Shown: positions 1 to 14,600 of the stretch, in pieces
How positions within the stretch are numbered: position 1 is the stretch's first letter
Layout of the letters: every line of letters begins with the position of its first letter
Source of the DNA: Tubiluchus corallicola
Lineage: Eukaryota; Animalia; Priapulida
DNA: 64,000 nucleotides
Assembly: GCA_030141605.1 (NCBI GenBank)
Contig: JAQGDQ010000025.1
Coordinates: forward strand, 102,185-166,184
Direction: 5' to 3'
Notes under the pieces: generated by a model
Told to the model about the DNA's origin: nothing
Databases searched by the model: none
The model's input: only the letters and a program-made list of their open reading frames with translations
Position numbers and translations under genes: made by a program

Positions 1-454
1 ATTGATACCACAAAACATTCATGAGGATGGATAAATTTTCAAACATTAATTTGGTGTAATTTATGGTTGTTTTGCAATAGTTTGCAAGATAAATGCACAA
101 GTTACCACTTGAAAAAATGAATTAGTTCAGATCTAGTATAGGAAATGTTAATAAACAAAATCTGCATGATGTTGTGCATAAAAAATCAAACAGTATATTA
201 TCATCATGCCAGGTTTAGCTTAGCAAAAAGATAATGATACATCAAATTTCGAAATCCATGCGAAAAATACACCCTGCAAAAGTGAGTAGCTAAAAATACG
301 TGTATTGCACAATTAAATAAAGGTCAAACGAGACAAATTTAGCCACTTTGTTTCACCGAAATTAATTTCGTTATAATTTGACCACCTACCTACGTACAGC
401 ATCTACTAGCATCACTTAATTTGCTGAACATTTACTACCATTTCATTATATTAG

Positions 455-838
455 AAAAAGCCACAAATAATGTAATACAGATATAGAACTATATCACCCG
501 TAATAAAATAAATGAAACAAACACCCTAAATAGTAACAATACCATACATTAATTATTGTATTGTTGTTTCCCATTGTATACCAAAAAGCCATAAATAATG
601 TAATACAGATATAGAACAATATCACCCGTAATAAAATAAATGAAACAAACACCCTAAATAGTAACAATACAATACGTTAATTATTGTATTGTTGTTTCCC
701 ACTGTATACCAAAAAGCCATAAATAATGTAATACAGATATAGAACAATATCACCCGTAATTAAATAAATGAAACAAACACCCTAAATAGTAACAATACCA
801 TACATTAATTATTGTATTGTTGTTGCCCACTGTATACC
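455..838. repeat. Tandem repeat, 128-bp unit, 3 copies
   Basis: The unit starting AAAAAGCCA(C/T)AAATAATGTAATACAGATATAG recurs at 455, 583 and 711, exactly 128 bp apart. Confidence 0.9.
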
Positions 839-959
839 ATGCAAGTCAAACATATGCATATACATATATGTTTATATATATATAAGATTATGGAGCTTTA
901 CTATAACAATAATGGTTTAGCAGTTAGCACTAAACTGCTGCCTGTTCTCAGTAGCATGG

Positions 960-1730
960 CTAATATGGGAGCAATTACTCCCTCTGAATTGGCACCTTTA
1001 ATCACATTTATTTGAGCAATCTCCCTACCATGTTTTTGAAGTGAGTCAAATTTGTGTTGGGAAACTGAGCATCAACAATGTACTTAAAATTCATGATCGC
1101 CAATGACGTGTTTCCATTTATCCTAACCTGTCCACATTGTACCACATTTTCCTGATCAGACCCATAGCTAACGAAGTTTCTGAACGTTCCTTTAGTCGAC
1201 TGAAAGAGATAAAGTCCTACCTTCATTCTACAATGGGCAAGAATAAATTGTGTTGATTGCTGTGCTCTCTATTGAAAATGAGTTGACTACTGAAGTGGAT
1301 TATAATAAAGTTATCTTACTTTGCTAAAATGAAACCTAGACGAAAGAGACTTGTAGTTTCTTCATGAGACATTTTCGCCATGTTTCATTTTCTTTTCATT
1401 TTGCATTTAAAATTAAAATAAAAATTCTTCATGAGACATTTTCACCATGTTTCATTTTCTTTTCATTTTGCATTTAAAATTAAAATAAATAAATAAAATA
1501 AGATGTTTTTACTATGTTTTGAGACTTATGAGCTAACTATAAAACTTTTGATTGTGTTTTAAACAAAATAGCAATTATGTACTTCCTTTAAAACAATATC
1601 TTCCTCCTGTTTTTATTTTAGATATGATATTAAAATGTATAATCAATGCGCTAAAAATTGTTCAATATATGTTTCAGTGCCTTTTTTATGAGCTGGCTCC
1701 CCCTAACTTTAGAACCTGGCTAGGCCCCTG
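960..1730 (+). mobile_element. Degenerate hAT-superfamily transposon 3' part (C-terminal dimerisation-domain relic)
   Basis: ~1145-1350 translates, with stops and frameshifts, as HIFLIRPIANEVSERSFSRLKEIKSYLHSTMGKNKL..SIENELTTEVDY..FAKMKPRRK, the typical hAT C-terminus. It ends in a TIR-like GGCCCCTG at ~1730. A related copy lies at 55404-56470. Confidence 0.75.
1359..1490. repeat. Short direct duplication (~65 bp x2)
   Basis: TTCTTCATGAGACATTTTC(G/A)CCATGTTTCATTTTCTTTTCATTTTGCATTTAAAATTAAAATAAA occurs twice in tandem. Confidence 0.85.
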
Positions 1731-1756
1731 CCTGTTCTCTTACACAACTTGGTTAT

Positions 1757-1762
1757 TTTATT
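1757..1762 (-). terminator. Candidate polyadenylation signal of AACS
   Basis: AATAAA on the minus strand ~57 nt downstream of the AACS stop codon. Confidence 0.45.
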
Positions 1763-1818
1763 GAAGGCCTACTCTTTTCAATGCACACAAAAAAACAAAT
1801 TATTATATTTCACAAATC

Positions 1819-3852
1819 TCACCAGTTCTGTAATTCTGGGATATCTCTGTACAGCTCTAAAGAGTCTGGATTTGCTAGAGCTCCCTTATTTTGGACTTCC
1901 AGACCCGAGATGATTTGTTTAACAGCGACTTCCACTTTCTTGCTATTGGTTGTGTAAGGTATATCTTTAGTTTCGAGAATCAGCGAGGGGACGTGTCGCA
2001 CTGATAATTCTGTCCTAATTCCTGCTTTCAATCTCTTCACCAGATCTTGAGTGAAAGGATGGCCTGAAGTCATTTTGACAAACAAGATTACACGTTCTTC
2101 TCCTTTATCATTTTGCTGCCCGATGCATAGCGAATCATCTATTTCCTTATAAGATTCCACAATGTTGTAGATCTCAGAACTACCAAAACGCACACCGCTT
2201 GGATTAAGTGTACCGTCACTACGTCCTAACATCCACAAACCACCTGTTCGCTTGTTTATCAAGCAAAAATCACCATGTGTCCAAACGCCCGGGAATGTCT
2301 CAAAGTATGATTTCCGATACCTGCTACCAGTTGGGTCATTCCAGAAGTGAGTAGGCATAGACGGGAAAGGCTTTGTGCAAACTAGGTCTCCTCTCTTTCC
2401 ATACACTGGCTTGCCACTATCATCATAGCATTCAACAGCCATGCCAAGATTTCTACACTGTATTTCACCTCGGTAGACCGGAACAGTCCAGTTCCAGCCT
2501 GCAAAACAGGAAATTATATCAGTTCCACCAGTTATAGACCCCAGCAGTACATTCTTTTTGATATTTTCATACACATAGTCGAAGCTTTTAGGTTTAAGAG
2601 GTGAACCCGTGCTAAGAATGCTGTGCAGTGACTTTAGGTTATGCGACTGTTTCGGATGCACTTTTTTGTCTTCTAATAATGCGATCCATTTAGCACTAGT
2701 GCCAAGAACTGTTATATTTAACTGGTCGATTAAATCCCACAACACATAAGGAGTTGGAACTAGCGGCGACCCATCATACAAAACTAACGTGGCACCAATA
2801 GCAAGAGCTGACACCATCCAGTTCCACATCATCCAACCCGTTGTTGTATAGTAGAGGAGAACATCTTTATCGGTCATGTTACCGCCTAATACATGTTCCT
2901 TCCAAAGCTGTAACAATGTACCCCCTGCTGAATGTACCATGCACTTAGGTACACCCGTTGTGCCTGAAGAATACATGATAAACAGGGGATGATTGAATGG
3001 CAGCTGCTCGAACGTTAGTTTCGGAATCGACCCGTCAGCATTTATACCATCTAAAAGAAACTCATCAAGATAAACGCTTTTGGGTATAATAGATATGTCC
3101 TGTTTTGTTCCCACAAAATGGATTACAACAACTTTTTCTAATTCTGGCAGGCCAGACACAACATTGTGGAGTTTATCAATGTGGTTGTGGACCTTACTGT
3201 TGTACATAACAGCATCAACCGAAAATATCAACTTTGGTTGAATCTGTGTGAATCTGTCTAAAACACCATGAACTCCAAAGTCAGGTGAAGTAGAACTCCA
3301 TACTGCACCAATGCTAGCTGCTGCCAACATTGCCACAATCGCTTCGGCACAGTTTGGTATGTATCCTACAACACGATCGTTACATTTCACACCCATCGCT
3401 CTCATTGCAGCAGCATACTGAGCGACATGTTGTCTTAACTCCTTGAAAGTGCACTTTTCAGGCTCACCACTGATTCGTTCACCAGTAGAATACAAAGCAA
3501 TGCGATCGCTATTGTCTCGCAGTAGATTCTCTGCATAGTTTAAACGTGCTCCCGTAAACCACTCTGGAATTTCGGCAATAGATTTACTTTTATCAACTAC
3601 CACTGCAAACGGCTTTGAATAAGTCACTCCACTGAAATGCCAAACTTCCTCCCAAAAGGAGTCATACTCTTTGATAGACCACTGCCATAACTCCTCATAC
3701 GTTTCTAACTTGAGACTGTATTTCTTGTTTATCACATGTCTAAACTTAGTCATCTGTGTGATCAGAGAGTGAGTAGGCGACCAACAAAGGATATCCTCAT
3801 CAAAGTCACCAGTTCCAAAGGAATGATCATCGGCATTATTCAAGTCAGTCAT
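1819..3852 (-). CDS. AACS: Acetoacetyl-CoA synthetase (acetoacetate-CoA ligase), 677 aa, CDS in one exon
   Basis: Uninterrupted ORF with the AMP-binding motif [14 protein letters not shown] plus [51 protein letters not shown] and KKVEVAVK, all typical of AACS. A splice acceptor (TTTTATTTTAG|GAAGATACAATG) 9 nt upstream of the ATG implies a 5'-UTR intron; candidate donor GTAAGT at 5615-5610. Confidence 0.96.
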   Translation of the reverse strand: MTDLNNADDHSFGTGDFDEDILCWSPTHSLITQMTKFRHVINKKYSLKLETYEELWQWSIKEYDSFWEEVWHFSGVTYSKPFAVVVDKSKSIAEIPEWFTGARLNYAENLLRDNSDRIALYSTGERISGEPEKCTFKELRQHVAQYAAAMRAMGVKCNDRVVGYIPNCAEAIVAMLAAASIGAVWSSTSPDFGVHGVLDRFTQIQPKLIFSVDAVMYNSKVHNHIDKLHNVVSGLPELEKVVVIHFVGTKQDISIIPKSVYLDEFLLDGINADGSIPKLTFEQLPFNHPLFIMYSSGTTGVPKCMVHSAGGTLLQLWKEHVLGGNMTDKDVLLYYTTTGWMMWNWMVSALAIGATLVLYDGSPLVPTPYVLWDLIDQLNITVLGTSAKWIALLEDKKVHPKQSHNLKSLHSILSTGSPLKPKSFDYVYENIKKNVLLGSITGGTDIISCFAGWNWTVPVYRGEIQCRNLGMAVECYDDSGKPVYGKRGDLVCTKPFPSMPTHFWNDPTGSRYRKSYFETFPGVWTHGDFCLINKRTGGLWMLGRSDGTLNPSGVRFGSSEIYNIVESYKEIDDSLCIGQQNDKGEERVILFVKMTSGHPFTQDLVKRLKAGIRTELSVRHVPSLILETKDIPYTTNSKKVEVAVKQIISGLEVQNKGALANPDSLELYRDIPELQNW

Positions 3853-3918
3853 TGTATCTTCCTAAAATAAAAACTATATAAAATTAGCTACAAAACTTTT
3901 ACACAGAATTTGCTTATA

Positions 3919-4735
3919 CAGTAGTCGCCGCTTAATAGACTCACGGTTAATAGACTCGATCACTTAATTGACTCAAAAACACCTGGAACGGGCCGCTTCT
4001 ATTCAAATATACATAAAAACTATCGGTAATTGACTCAAATAACTCCGCTTAATTGACTCAATATTTTTCCTTTACCTACTTAAAATAAGATATTTGTATG
4101 TGGCCAAAGAACCTTTCCTACTTTTATGTCATCTTTACTTCCCTTTTGTGCATTATGTATGCAGAAACAATCATGTTAAGTACCGTTTTCTTTGTAAGCA
4201 GGTAACAGTCAGGCTTTCAGGCTTAATCAGTTAACAGTCAAAGATGCAGGTACAGTAATCAGCCGGTATTCCTTGCGACTTACAAGACTAAACATCGTAC
4301 GGCAAATAAGAGCAAAGTAAGTGAGCAGGCGATTCAAAACTGTTTTAGTCATGCACAACAACAGATTTTCAACGTTTTTATAATTACGAAAACTTTGTGG
4401 GCCAACTTCTTCACGAAAAAATGAAGCAGCCGACCTTGAAAGAATTTTTGTAATTTTTGCAAATAAACACACTTAGAAAAGTCTGTGATTTAGAAAAGTA
4501 TACTTTTTAACTTATTGCTAATTCACTTATATAAATTTTAAATTATTTTTTCCAATTTTTAACTGCACAAAGGAATTTAGGGATTAGTTCGTTTCTAAAA
4601 TTCATTAAAGACCGTTTGCAGTGCATAGTATGCTGGCTGACGACTCATACTTCTATACCTGTAATACTACACCCATCGGTTAATTGGGTCAAAACACGTC
4701 GGTCCCAAAGTGAGTCTATTAAGCGGCACCTACTA
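3919..4735. mobile_element. Non-autonomous Tc1/mariner-pogo-like element (MITE) with TIRs and TA flanks
   Basis: TA|CAGTAGTCGCCGCTTAATAGACTCAC ... GTGAGTCTATTAAGCGGCACCTACTA|TA: ~26-bp imperfect TIRs and no ORF. A partial related copy lies at ~34446-34690. Confidence 0.8.
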
Positions 4736-7700
4736 TAGTAATTTGTTCTTTGCTCTTTACTTTTGTGGATAAAATTACTAGCATGGGCAAAAAAATCAAT
4801 ACTTCTTTTAAATGATGAGATTTTATTCAGATAAGCCTGGTTTATTTATCAGAAGACATTTGTTGAATTTAATGTAGCTGTGCTATCTCTTGGTTGCATG
4901 CCCTCCACGATGCATTTAAGTGGCCTATAGCATTTGGTGGGTAATACATGCTATGAGAATAGCTGTGTTAATTAGTGAACGATTTCTCTGTTAGACATTA
5001 TGTTTACAAGTTAACATGCAAGAGTTTTCCATTGGCCCGACTATTACATAATACAAATTTCAAATGCTACTGCATAGTGAAACTGGCCATTCCTGTTTTG
5101 TGCTAGACAAAAAAAAATACAAGCAAGACTCTTGGCGTGAAATCACAACTACAGCAATGTAATTATTGTTGGTATATTTTTTATAACAAGTTGTAGATTT
5201 AGAAGCAAACTCAATCATTTCAGTTCCTACCGACCCATCGTCATAATTAATAAGGGTGACCTGCACACAAATATAAAGATATATCATCCTTAAGTTGTGT
5301 CTCATAGAATTTTATAAAGTCATAAAGTCAAACAGGTCACATCGGAGCTGTCTGTTATTTACATCTAACATCAATGTGATAAAACTCCTCAGCTGTCTCA
5401 GGGGATGATGTCTTCATAACGAGATAATTATACTTAACTTATGTTAAAAAACAAATTTGTCACTAAAGGAGCTCTGCAAACTACTGTATTTTCGCACACA
5501 TTCCTTATAGTAGAACTATAAGAAACATGTTTCAGAATACAGTCCTCCCAATGGCAGTGTGTCCTTAGCGGCAGCGTACCGGTACCGTACTAATAATCTA
5601 CAGTTACGAACTTACAAATACAATAATGTAATTTGCAAACTGAATCTACATCTAGTTACATTCAATTCTTAGTAATTTAGAGCATCGCTTAGATCTAACA
5701 TTTTTCAATAAAAGAAACGAAAGCTCAAGGGAAATTACCATAAGGGAAAAACTTAGCTAACAAGCCAATCTAAAGAAATTACACGACAGACACTACACGT
5801 GAGTCTCTTCATATGCCAACGTGCTTTGCGTGGTAGCTACAAGCACCGAAATCTTTCAACGTGTCAGACCAAATAATCTGGCAACTACATTATGCTTTGA
5901 CGCAGCTTATCACCACAGATAATTATAATGACTAGTTTAAGTATAATGGCCCTTATTAATGGGTCTCCTTACTTTGAAATGTTGCCCCCTATGCAATAGA
6001 AACTCAAACGAATCTGTAAAAACCGTCAAAACAATAAGAAAAAGCATCAAATTTTAATTTTGAGTAAAGAATGCTCATTCATTAATTTTTCACAAAAAAT
6101 GCAAAGAATTTTAAAAATAAGAAGTATCAGAATAATTAAATATATAAATATTTGTAGCTACAGTAGTTGGGATAGCTTTTGATGATGCCTAAGACACAAG
6201 CAAAAACTTTGGGTAAGCATACCTTTTCCCATGCCATTCCAAATGTTTAGAATGGGCTTCCACTGCATAATAAAATTACATTTAAAAAAAATTGCTCAAG
6301 GCACATTGAATTGGATTTTAAATTTGCCTGGGTTTTCCTAACGAGATTTTTACATTGATTTTTTTAATTTCAATTTTTAAACGCTTTTATGAAGTTACAG
6401 TGTGCATAGTTCTATGATTTATATTAGGCTTTGTAAAATCTTTGGTTGTAAAGTACAACTGAGCATACCTGCACGACAACTTGTACTAGCCCTTACCATA
6501 AACGGTAAGTTTCAGCATAAATAACACTTTGCAGAATAGGCCTACATTCAGAACATTTTAGTCACTTGTGGAAAAGAGTCACCTAATTGTGAAGCCAAAA
6601 TTGCGTGAATTTAATTAATGACCACTGGCTAGTCCACGGCTTCATGATAAGATATGAGTGTTAGTTTAAGATTAATCATAAAATTTTACTGTGTCGCAAT
6701 TTTGTCAACTAAGAACACATCAAATTAGCAACATCATTATAACTCTGTATTTACTGTCAATCAAGAACCATAACTCTAGCCCTCTGCTCCTCAAGTGATG
6801 ATAATGCGAGAACATTCTGCCTCGTTTTTGATCACTGATTCCAAAAACCGTTTAGATTACAGAGTTAGTACGGACTATATTTTTCGATCTTTTCTCTTAT
6901 TCTTGTAGATTATGGCCGGATTATGACTTTTTGGATGCCAAAGGCTAAAGAAATTATGAGGCCCCTCAGACGGAGCTACCTTCTAATTTGCTCGCCCTTG
7001 TCTACACGTTTGGTAAAATATCGGTTCACGGTGATTATTTTTGCAACCCTTTCCAATTTCCCTGACTTTTCGCCCTATTTTTTCTTTTTCCCTGACGTTT
7101 CCATAACTTTCCAGGATAGCCTGCATTTTCAAGGATTTTCCAGAATTTTCCCTGACCGTTGAAACCCTGATTGCTACAGTGGCGTTAGTTGTCCATTTTT
7201 AATTATTTCTGAGATCTTGTCTACAAGTGTTTTGCTGATGAGTTTTATATCAGTTTTGTAGTCAATTGTCTTTGAGTTATATAAATATAGCCCTTTAGGC
7301 ACAAAGTTTCAATAGTATAGGAGATATGCAGCATGGACAGTGTACGAAGTGGTTTCAGAGTCTTTGTACATCATTTCTGGACATTTGCATATCGCATTTC
7401 GATGCGTTCCCTGCTTAAAGGTGACTCACAGGCGCAAACGATGGGGAAATTCGAATATAAAAAGAGATGCCACTCTATATCCGATTGGTTGTATAATCAG
7501 GAAAACAGTTAACAGGCAAAAAGTTTCAGTTTTTCTTTCTAGTTTTTTTAAATAAAGTTATTGATAAAAATGTTCCGTCTTTCTCAAGAGTCTTTAAATG
7601 GATGGCTACAATAATTTTCTGTTTTAAATACCTTTTGTTGTTAGCTGAATAATTCTTATCCCTCCTCTGTGACTAAACATCACTTTCTGATACTGATAAA

Positions 7701-8623
7701 CAAAATTCAAGTAGCAAATAATGTATATTTTACTGCTTCAAATCTGCAGAAAACCTTGATATCAAGAAGTGTTATTTGAAAAATGCTTCTGCTCAATAAG
7801 AAAACAACATTAAAAAAAAACATAGAATAAAAGGAAATGATCAGCTTTGCAGTGAAAACATACATCTGTAAACACACCTTCAATGTCAGAAATAAAATCT
7901 TGTATACAAAAATTTCAGCTTTTTCTGTAGCAAGTTGGATCAATACATTTACTTTAGCACAACACATTTATGAGGATGGATAAATTTGCAAACATTAATT
8001 TTGTATAATTATTCGTTGTTTTGCTATAGTTTGCTTATTATCGTCTTTACTGAACCAAAGGCTCATCTGTTTTCGCTTGATTGCTATATTTTAAAATTGT
8101 TCTGTGCACGTTTTATCAAATTGGGTGTAGTCCAAATGTTTTACCAATTAAACTACAACTTATTAAAACTAAGTGTGACTTCAAAAAAGTTAAGCTTTGC
8201 GTCTGTTACCTTCAAATTTTGTAACGTTTGGCGCACATGTGCATTGTTTTTGCTGTCCTTTTAATTACGTTTTCAGTAATTAAGTATCTTACTAGCTCTG
8301 CAGACAGTAACTTTTAAATTATTTATTCTGCCTGATTGTGAAGTTATGGTGCTATCAGATTTGAATGTACGAAGTAACTTTGGCCACTATATGTACGTTA
8401 TCTGTAAGTTAAAGGTAAACGTGATCATAGTGCAAATATTGTTGCAAGCAAAGATCAGTGTCTGCATGATTTCTTGCGCCCTGCTTACAGTAGCTGCTGC
8501 TGTGTTAAACTGATCTCGACCCATGTTTATTAGCCTCTCCTATTAGTGTCACAATAAATGCACACTTGTTGAGGTGTGTGTACTTCCTGAAAGGGTTATA
8601 CTGATAGTTTTATAAATTTAATC

Positions 8624-11600
8624 ATGTTGGATTTTGATGATATTCTGCCATATATTGGCGGTTTTGGACGTTTTCAGTTATATGTTTATGTGCTTTTGGT
8701 TGGACCTATGCTTTACAGTTGCATGCCAGTTCTGAACAGAATCTTCTTTACTACTATTCCGGACCATTGGTGCCAGGTTCCAGAACTGGATGCCTGGAAC
8801 TTGACTGTAGAGGAAATCAAAGGTTTCACGTTGCCCTTGGAGATGAGAGATGGTGTAATGCAGCTCAGTCAATGCTTCATGTATAGTGCCAACTTTAGTG
8901 ATATATTAATGGCTGGCGGTGATCCCATACCTGATACCAACTGGTCCAAGATACCATGTCAGAACGGATGGGAGTACTCAAAGATCTATTTTGAAAGTAC
9001 AATTGCCACTGAGGTAAGCGAACTTATTGTGTAGTGGTGCTGTATGGTGTACATAGCCCGAACAGCAAAATTCTTAATTACTTTATACAAAAAGTACAAC
9101 ATCGATGTTGCAGACTATTAATCATTACTTATTTATTAGAAATTAAGTAAAGATAATGCATTATGTTGTACCATAGACTTCGTTTGCTCACTTGTGCAGA
9201 CTACAGAGTGCAGTATTACAGAGAAGCGTGTGTGAAACGCACCACTTTTAAGACTGTTAAAACATTCCACTTACATTCCGCAGACCAGACCAGCCCGAGC
9301 TGCATCTGAAACAGGAAGAAGCTGACCCAGTCCAATAATTAGAGCAAACCCAGAGCGCGATAAGGCCTATCTACAGATCAGGATCTAGCCTTTCGAGGGA
9401 CTTCAGCAGTTAACATTGTTGTCATGATTTGGGGTTGTAACTAAAATAAATTACTAGATTCTTGGCATCCTGACACCTGAAATTCTGTTATGGACCTAAT
9501 GCAATAATGCACGTTTTGTATGTTATGCCACGATTATTCATTTTGTACTACTCATGTTTTCCAAGCAGTCACCAACATTCTATGAGGACTTACAATAAGT
9601 AAAGGCCGCTGAGGCACCGTCTCGAAATTTGCTACTGACGTGTTTTTGAATACTGTCAGACTTAAACCCTGTTTAGACTGTCGATGGTCCCCGTCGTGAT
9701 TAGGTGACTGACACTCAAACTCGTCATTTTTGCATGTCATGCTTTTCCGATGAGTCTCTGTGTTAAAATCATCGGGCTTTCCTGGAGATCGAACAAAGCT
9801 TTGCAAAAAAAGCAGTAATAGCGTGCAAAAAATTCGGTCTACTAATTAGGTTAGTCTCGTCCGGTTAGGATGTGCAATGCTGACTTCACGCTTGTCACCC
9901 ACTCACGTTCGCGACGAATCATAGAGGACAACCCGACAGTCTAAACAGGCCATAAGTCTTCGCAAACAGAAATCCTAACATTTCGTACTTTTTGCAGTGG
10001 GACTTGGTTTGCGACAAATCTTATATAGGAAGTCGTATCCTCTCCATTCTTCAGTTTGCTTCCATTCCTGGATTAATTGTATTTGGAGCTATTGGTGATG
10101 CGTAAGTAGATCAATTAAATGCACCTAATACAAGATTTGTAAATAAACACAATATTTGTACAGTACTTTGCAAAAGGTGATTATGAAAGTGGGAAAGTTA
10201 ATCATCTGAGTAATAGATTTGCGCTTTTTCAGATGATGGTTACCTGTGGCTAAATAAGCTTTTGTTACCGTTACACAAGATTAAACACCTTTCGTTACAT
10301 CACTAGTGTCATCATCCTTATCATTGCTATCATTACCACCGTTGCTAGTCAGGTAATCATCGTGATCATAGCATCAAGGTTGTTTGTGTCATAAGTTTGC
10401 GATGGTTATTTAACTATAAAAAGTTGCGATCGTCATCATCAGCATCGTCATCAGAAATGTCATTATCGCCGTGATTCTCGTCATCATTCTCACATCATCA
10501 TCGTTGTCGTCGTCGTCGTTGGCATCAACATCATCATCATCTTAAACTTCATCATCGTCGTCATTGCCAACGTCATCATCGTCGTCGTCGTCATCATCAT
10601 ATCATCGTCTTTATCATCGTAATAATTTTCGTGGTCATCACCACGTAAATGCCATGTGTCAAATCTGTTTTACAGGTTAGGAAGACGAGCGGAATTTTTT
10701 TTATCTCTAGTTCTCGTTGTTTCCGGGTTTACTGTCGGACTGGCTCCAAATCCGTACGTATTCACAGCACTGTCGTTCGTGTCTGGCATGGCGATACCTG
10801 CATTTTATCTTGCTCCGTACTTGTTATGTAAGCACAAGGTTACATTTACTGATTATATAAGGAATACGTAGACCTGTAATACAATTGTAGTTAGTCAAAT
10901 TTATGTTTGCTTACAATATTAGCTGGTAAGATAGAGTGTAAAGGTCAAGAACTGTCAAAGTATAGTTCAACTTGTTCTCTAACAGGTTGTTAACCATAGA
11001 CGGTTAACAAACCGGTATGTTTACCTGACTGCATTTCTTTTAGATTCTAGTTACAGGAACAATTACAATTTCGATTTATGCGCGTCATAGCTTTGATAAT
11101 TTTCAGTGTCATGGCGCGTTCAGACTACAGAGTTTTCTATCTGACAGCACAAACTCGGAAGTGTGAACTGCCTTGTTCTATAAGAATTCTGTAAAAAAAA
11201 CATGTTTAAAAAGTTCGTCAAGCAATACAAGTTTTTTTTATTCCTTACAATTATTGTATTAAATGTTTTTGTGCGATTTGTTTTCAGCTGTTGAAATTTT
11301 GTTACCGGACAGACGAGCTTGCGCATCAGTGATGATTTGGGTATTTTGGGCTTTTGGATACATGCTGCTGGCCTTTGTTGCATCTGTGTTCAACTCCTGG
11401 CGAGAGCTAGCATTTATCACAACACTTCCAGCTGCTGTGTTCTTCATTTATTTTTGGTTTGTTGCAGCTGTTGTTATTATTAAACTCATTGTCTCTCTGG
11501 AAGCTTGACAGTAAGCCTACATTGTAATTGTTGCAGAATGGAAGGGCCACATTGATATGTACACAAATGCTGTGCACCACCAATTTCAGTTTTAATACCA

Positions 11601-14600
11601 GTTTTGTATTAATTTGCTGTATGAAGAGTGGTACATAATCTTTGTTAGAGTGTGCAGAAACAATGAGTAATAGTACAGAAGGATTTATTATATTGAAGTA
11701 TTGCCCTCACATTTGGCATGGAAGCCTTGTATGCCCCGCACAGCCTATAATCTTAAAGGTATATAATCAGAGCAATGATATAGAAACTCTATGATTAGTT
11801 TTTTTTTAACTGAATGGGTTGGAAATTCCACGGACCTCAACCTCGCCAAACACACTGGGGTTATTATGAAAGACAAAGTACGCGCAAAGATGACAAAAAC
11901 ATGTCATTGATTACTATTCAACAAATTTGTGTATACTAGCAAGAATAAGCTTGTGAGATTTTTTGGAGGATCTTGAGTTCTTCTAATCACTGCTATAATC
12001 AAGATTGCAAGCTGTGGGAAATGTTCGAGGTTTCCACGCCAAATTTTTGTTTGAAAAACATTCTGATGTAACAAATTGTTCTGCACTATTAATAATTCGT
12101 TATTGTACCACCTCCCCAGCAAAAAATTATGTACCTTATCTTACCTTTCTGTTTATATTCACCATGTTGCACACAATGCTCAGTAAAAACAAAAATATTT
12201 ATTTTGAACGACGTAATACTTATTAGTGTATAACCTACAGGTTTTGGCTATGCAGCACTGTAAACGCATACATTACTGACTGGTCCCAAGGTGGATTTCA
12301 AGCTTGTGTTTGTTTTCCTTTACTATAGGTTACTTCCAGAATCTCCTCGATGGTACATGACTACCGGAAGGCTGGAACAAGGAAACGAATTAATACGGCG
12401 GATAGCTGACATAAATGGGCGCTCTATACCGCCTGGTGAATTAGAAAAACTTAACGTAGGTCAAATTAGACTCTTTATAGACATTAGTTCCAATGTGGAG
12501 CTGTAGTTTTTCTAAATGATGCTGCTTAATGCTTTTTGTTTAGGTCCTGGGAACTTTCGTGCACTTCAATTAGGAAGGCCCGACTCTCCTTATTTAGCGT
12601 TGTTCTTATTCCCACGAATAGTTAACATTAAGTTTTTGTACCTTTGAGAAACCCAAGACCTAGTACTAGAGAACAAAAACATTTGTGTTAAGGCATGCAG
12701 GTTAATTGAAGGTAGCGTGCTTTTTCACTGTATCAGGAGTTGATGTGGAATTATATTATACTATTCTAACATTTCAAAAAACCGCATAGGAAAAAATCAG
12801 TATAATTTCATATCCATAAGAAGTGGTAATTTGTAGTCACTTTAATAATCTGTACTTATTAGGAAGCGATGACAAAGATGGACAATGAGTCGGCACTTAC
12901 GGAACAAGTTCACAGTTTCTTTCAGCTTTTCCTGCGACCAAGGCTGCTATTTAGACTCATCATGGTCTGCTTCTTATGGTATAATTATCAAAATGCGCCA
13001 TTATTTGAATTGTAGTAATCATTATTGCATAAGTTCAAGAAATAAAAATTAATCTTATTGAAAAAAACAGTTTCGAGAACGAGCCACTGGAGTACCTAGT
13101 GGTGACTAGTGGTTCACAGGGCGTACAGTAGGATACTAAATCAGGTATATGCATAAGACTGGACAAGATATAACAATGGGCCGTTGCAACAGTGACGTAT
13201 GAGATGTGAAACACGTGATATACAGCTATAAACCCAAAATAAAGAAACAACAAGACACATGGTTTACCTCACATCAACGATCAAGCTCTTCATTAACAAT
13301 CGTTTGACTTAACGTGAAGTCAAAACACATTCGAGTGGCGTTATACTAGAAAAGAAAGGAAAAGAACACAGAGAATAATAGAACAAATACAGAACAACGT
13401 AAAATACTCGCAAAACACACGGCATACGACCTAGGGCAAGCTACCGAGGTTACTAATAAAAAGAGAACAGGAAGGAACCGAACATGAAGCCAGACAGACT
13501 AATCTGTCTAAGAGAAACTTACCAGTAAAATGGACAAGTCTTCATTAAGCCACGTGCCAAGCTAAAAAGATGAAACACGACAACTTTAAAATATTAATGA
13601 AGAAATGTGATTACTCTTTTGTATATTATTTATTCTAATTTTGCTCTGAAATTATACATAAAATTGATGAGATTTTTTGACTTGCACAACAAATGATACG
13701 CTCCACAGCTGTGACAATGAATTATTAATAACTTGTAGCAGAGAATTTATTATGTAACAAGTTACGGAAATCTCAGCTTAGGTAGCTATTTTTATACTTT
13801 TCTGTTATTATAGGACAGTAAATGCCATTGTGTACATTTGCCTGATGTATATTACCCCAGCACTAACCGAGAATCCTTTTATTGGATTCCTTATCTCTGG
13901 TGCTATTGAAGTGCCTTGCTATCTCATTATTGGTCCACTGATGCAGCAATTTGGTAGGAGAAAACCGGAAGTTATATCTCTGGGACTCTGCGCGATTTTC
14001 TTAATTGTAAGCGGCTTCGTTAACCCGGCAGGTAAATACAGCTCTGCACAGTTTTACTTGCCGTTCTTAAACAAGTTGTGATAAAATGGTATCAAAATTA
14101 TGATTAAAAACACGTTAAACTGAATTGAAATGACACTGGGTTTTCAGGCTAATGCGATAAAGTAGCTAATTATTTCGAGGATACTTTGAGACTCGCGTGA
14201 ATATCATCATCAGATTTTGGTTATAAAAAAACGAAAACATGCGGCCCAAACTACCAGAGAAAACGGCAGTCAAACACAAATCAAATTAAGTTATGAAATA
14301 GTGAAAGCTGAACTGCTTTGGAAAGTAGGTAAACATTTTCACAGCTTCACATTCTCAATTAGTGCACTAAAAAGTGAACATACCTTTTACCTAGAGGTTA
14401 TACGAAAATAACGAGTAACAGTGCAAAACAATTGCATCAAAGTATTGCTGAATTAATTGCAAATCTGTCATGCCTTCAAAATTTAGTGTGGCGACCTCGT
14501 GCACCTCGCACAACCTGCAGTGTTTAGTAGAATGATTAAATCAGCGATTCGAAGAAGAATTCAAGATCCCGCAACACACCTTGCAGATGTCTCATAAGCT

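Noticed and set aside
1819-3852. Bacterial horizontal transfer or contamination as the origin of intronless AACS
   Set aside because: The protein resembles animal AACS by recalled motifs, is preceded by a spliceosomal acceptor and followed by AATAAA, and is flanked by repeat families found elsewhere in this window. A phylogeny is still needed for certainty.
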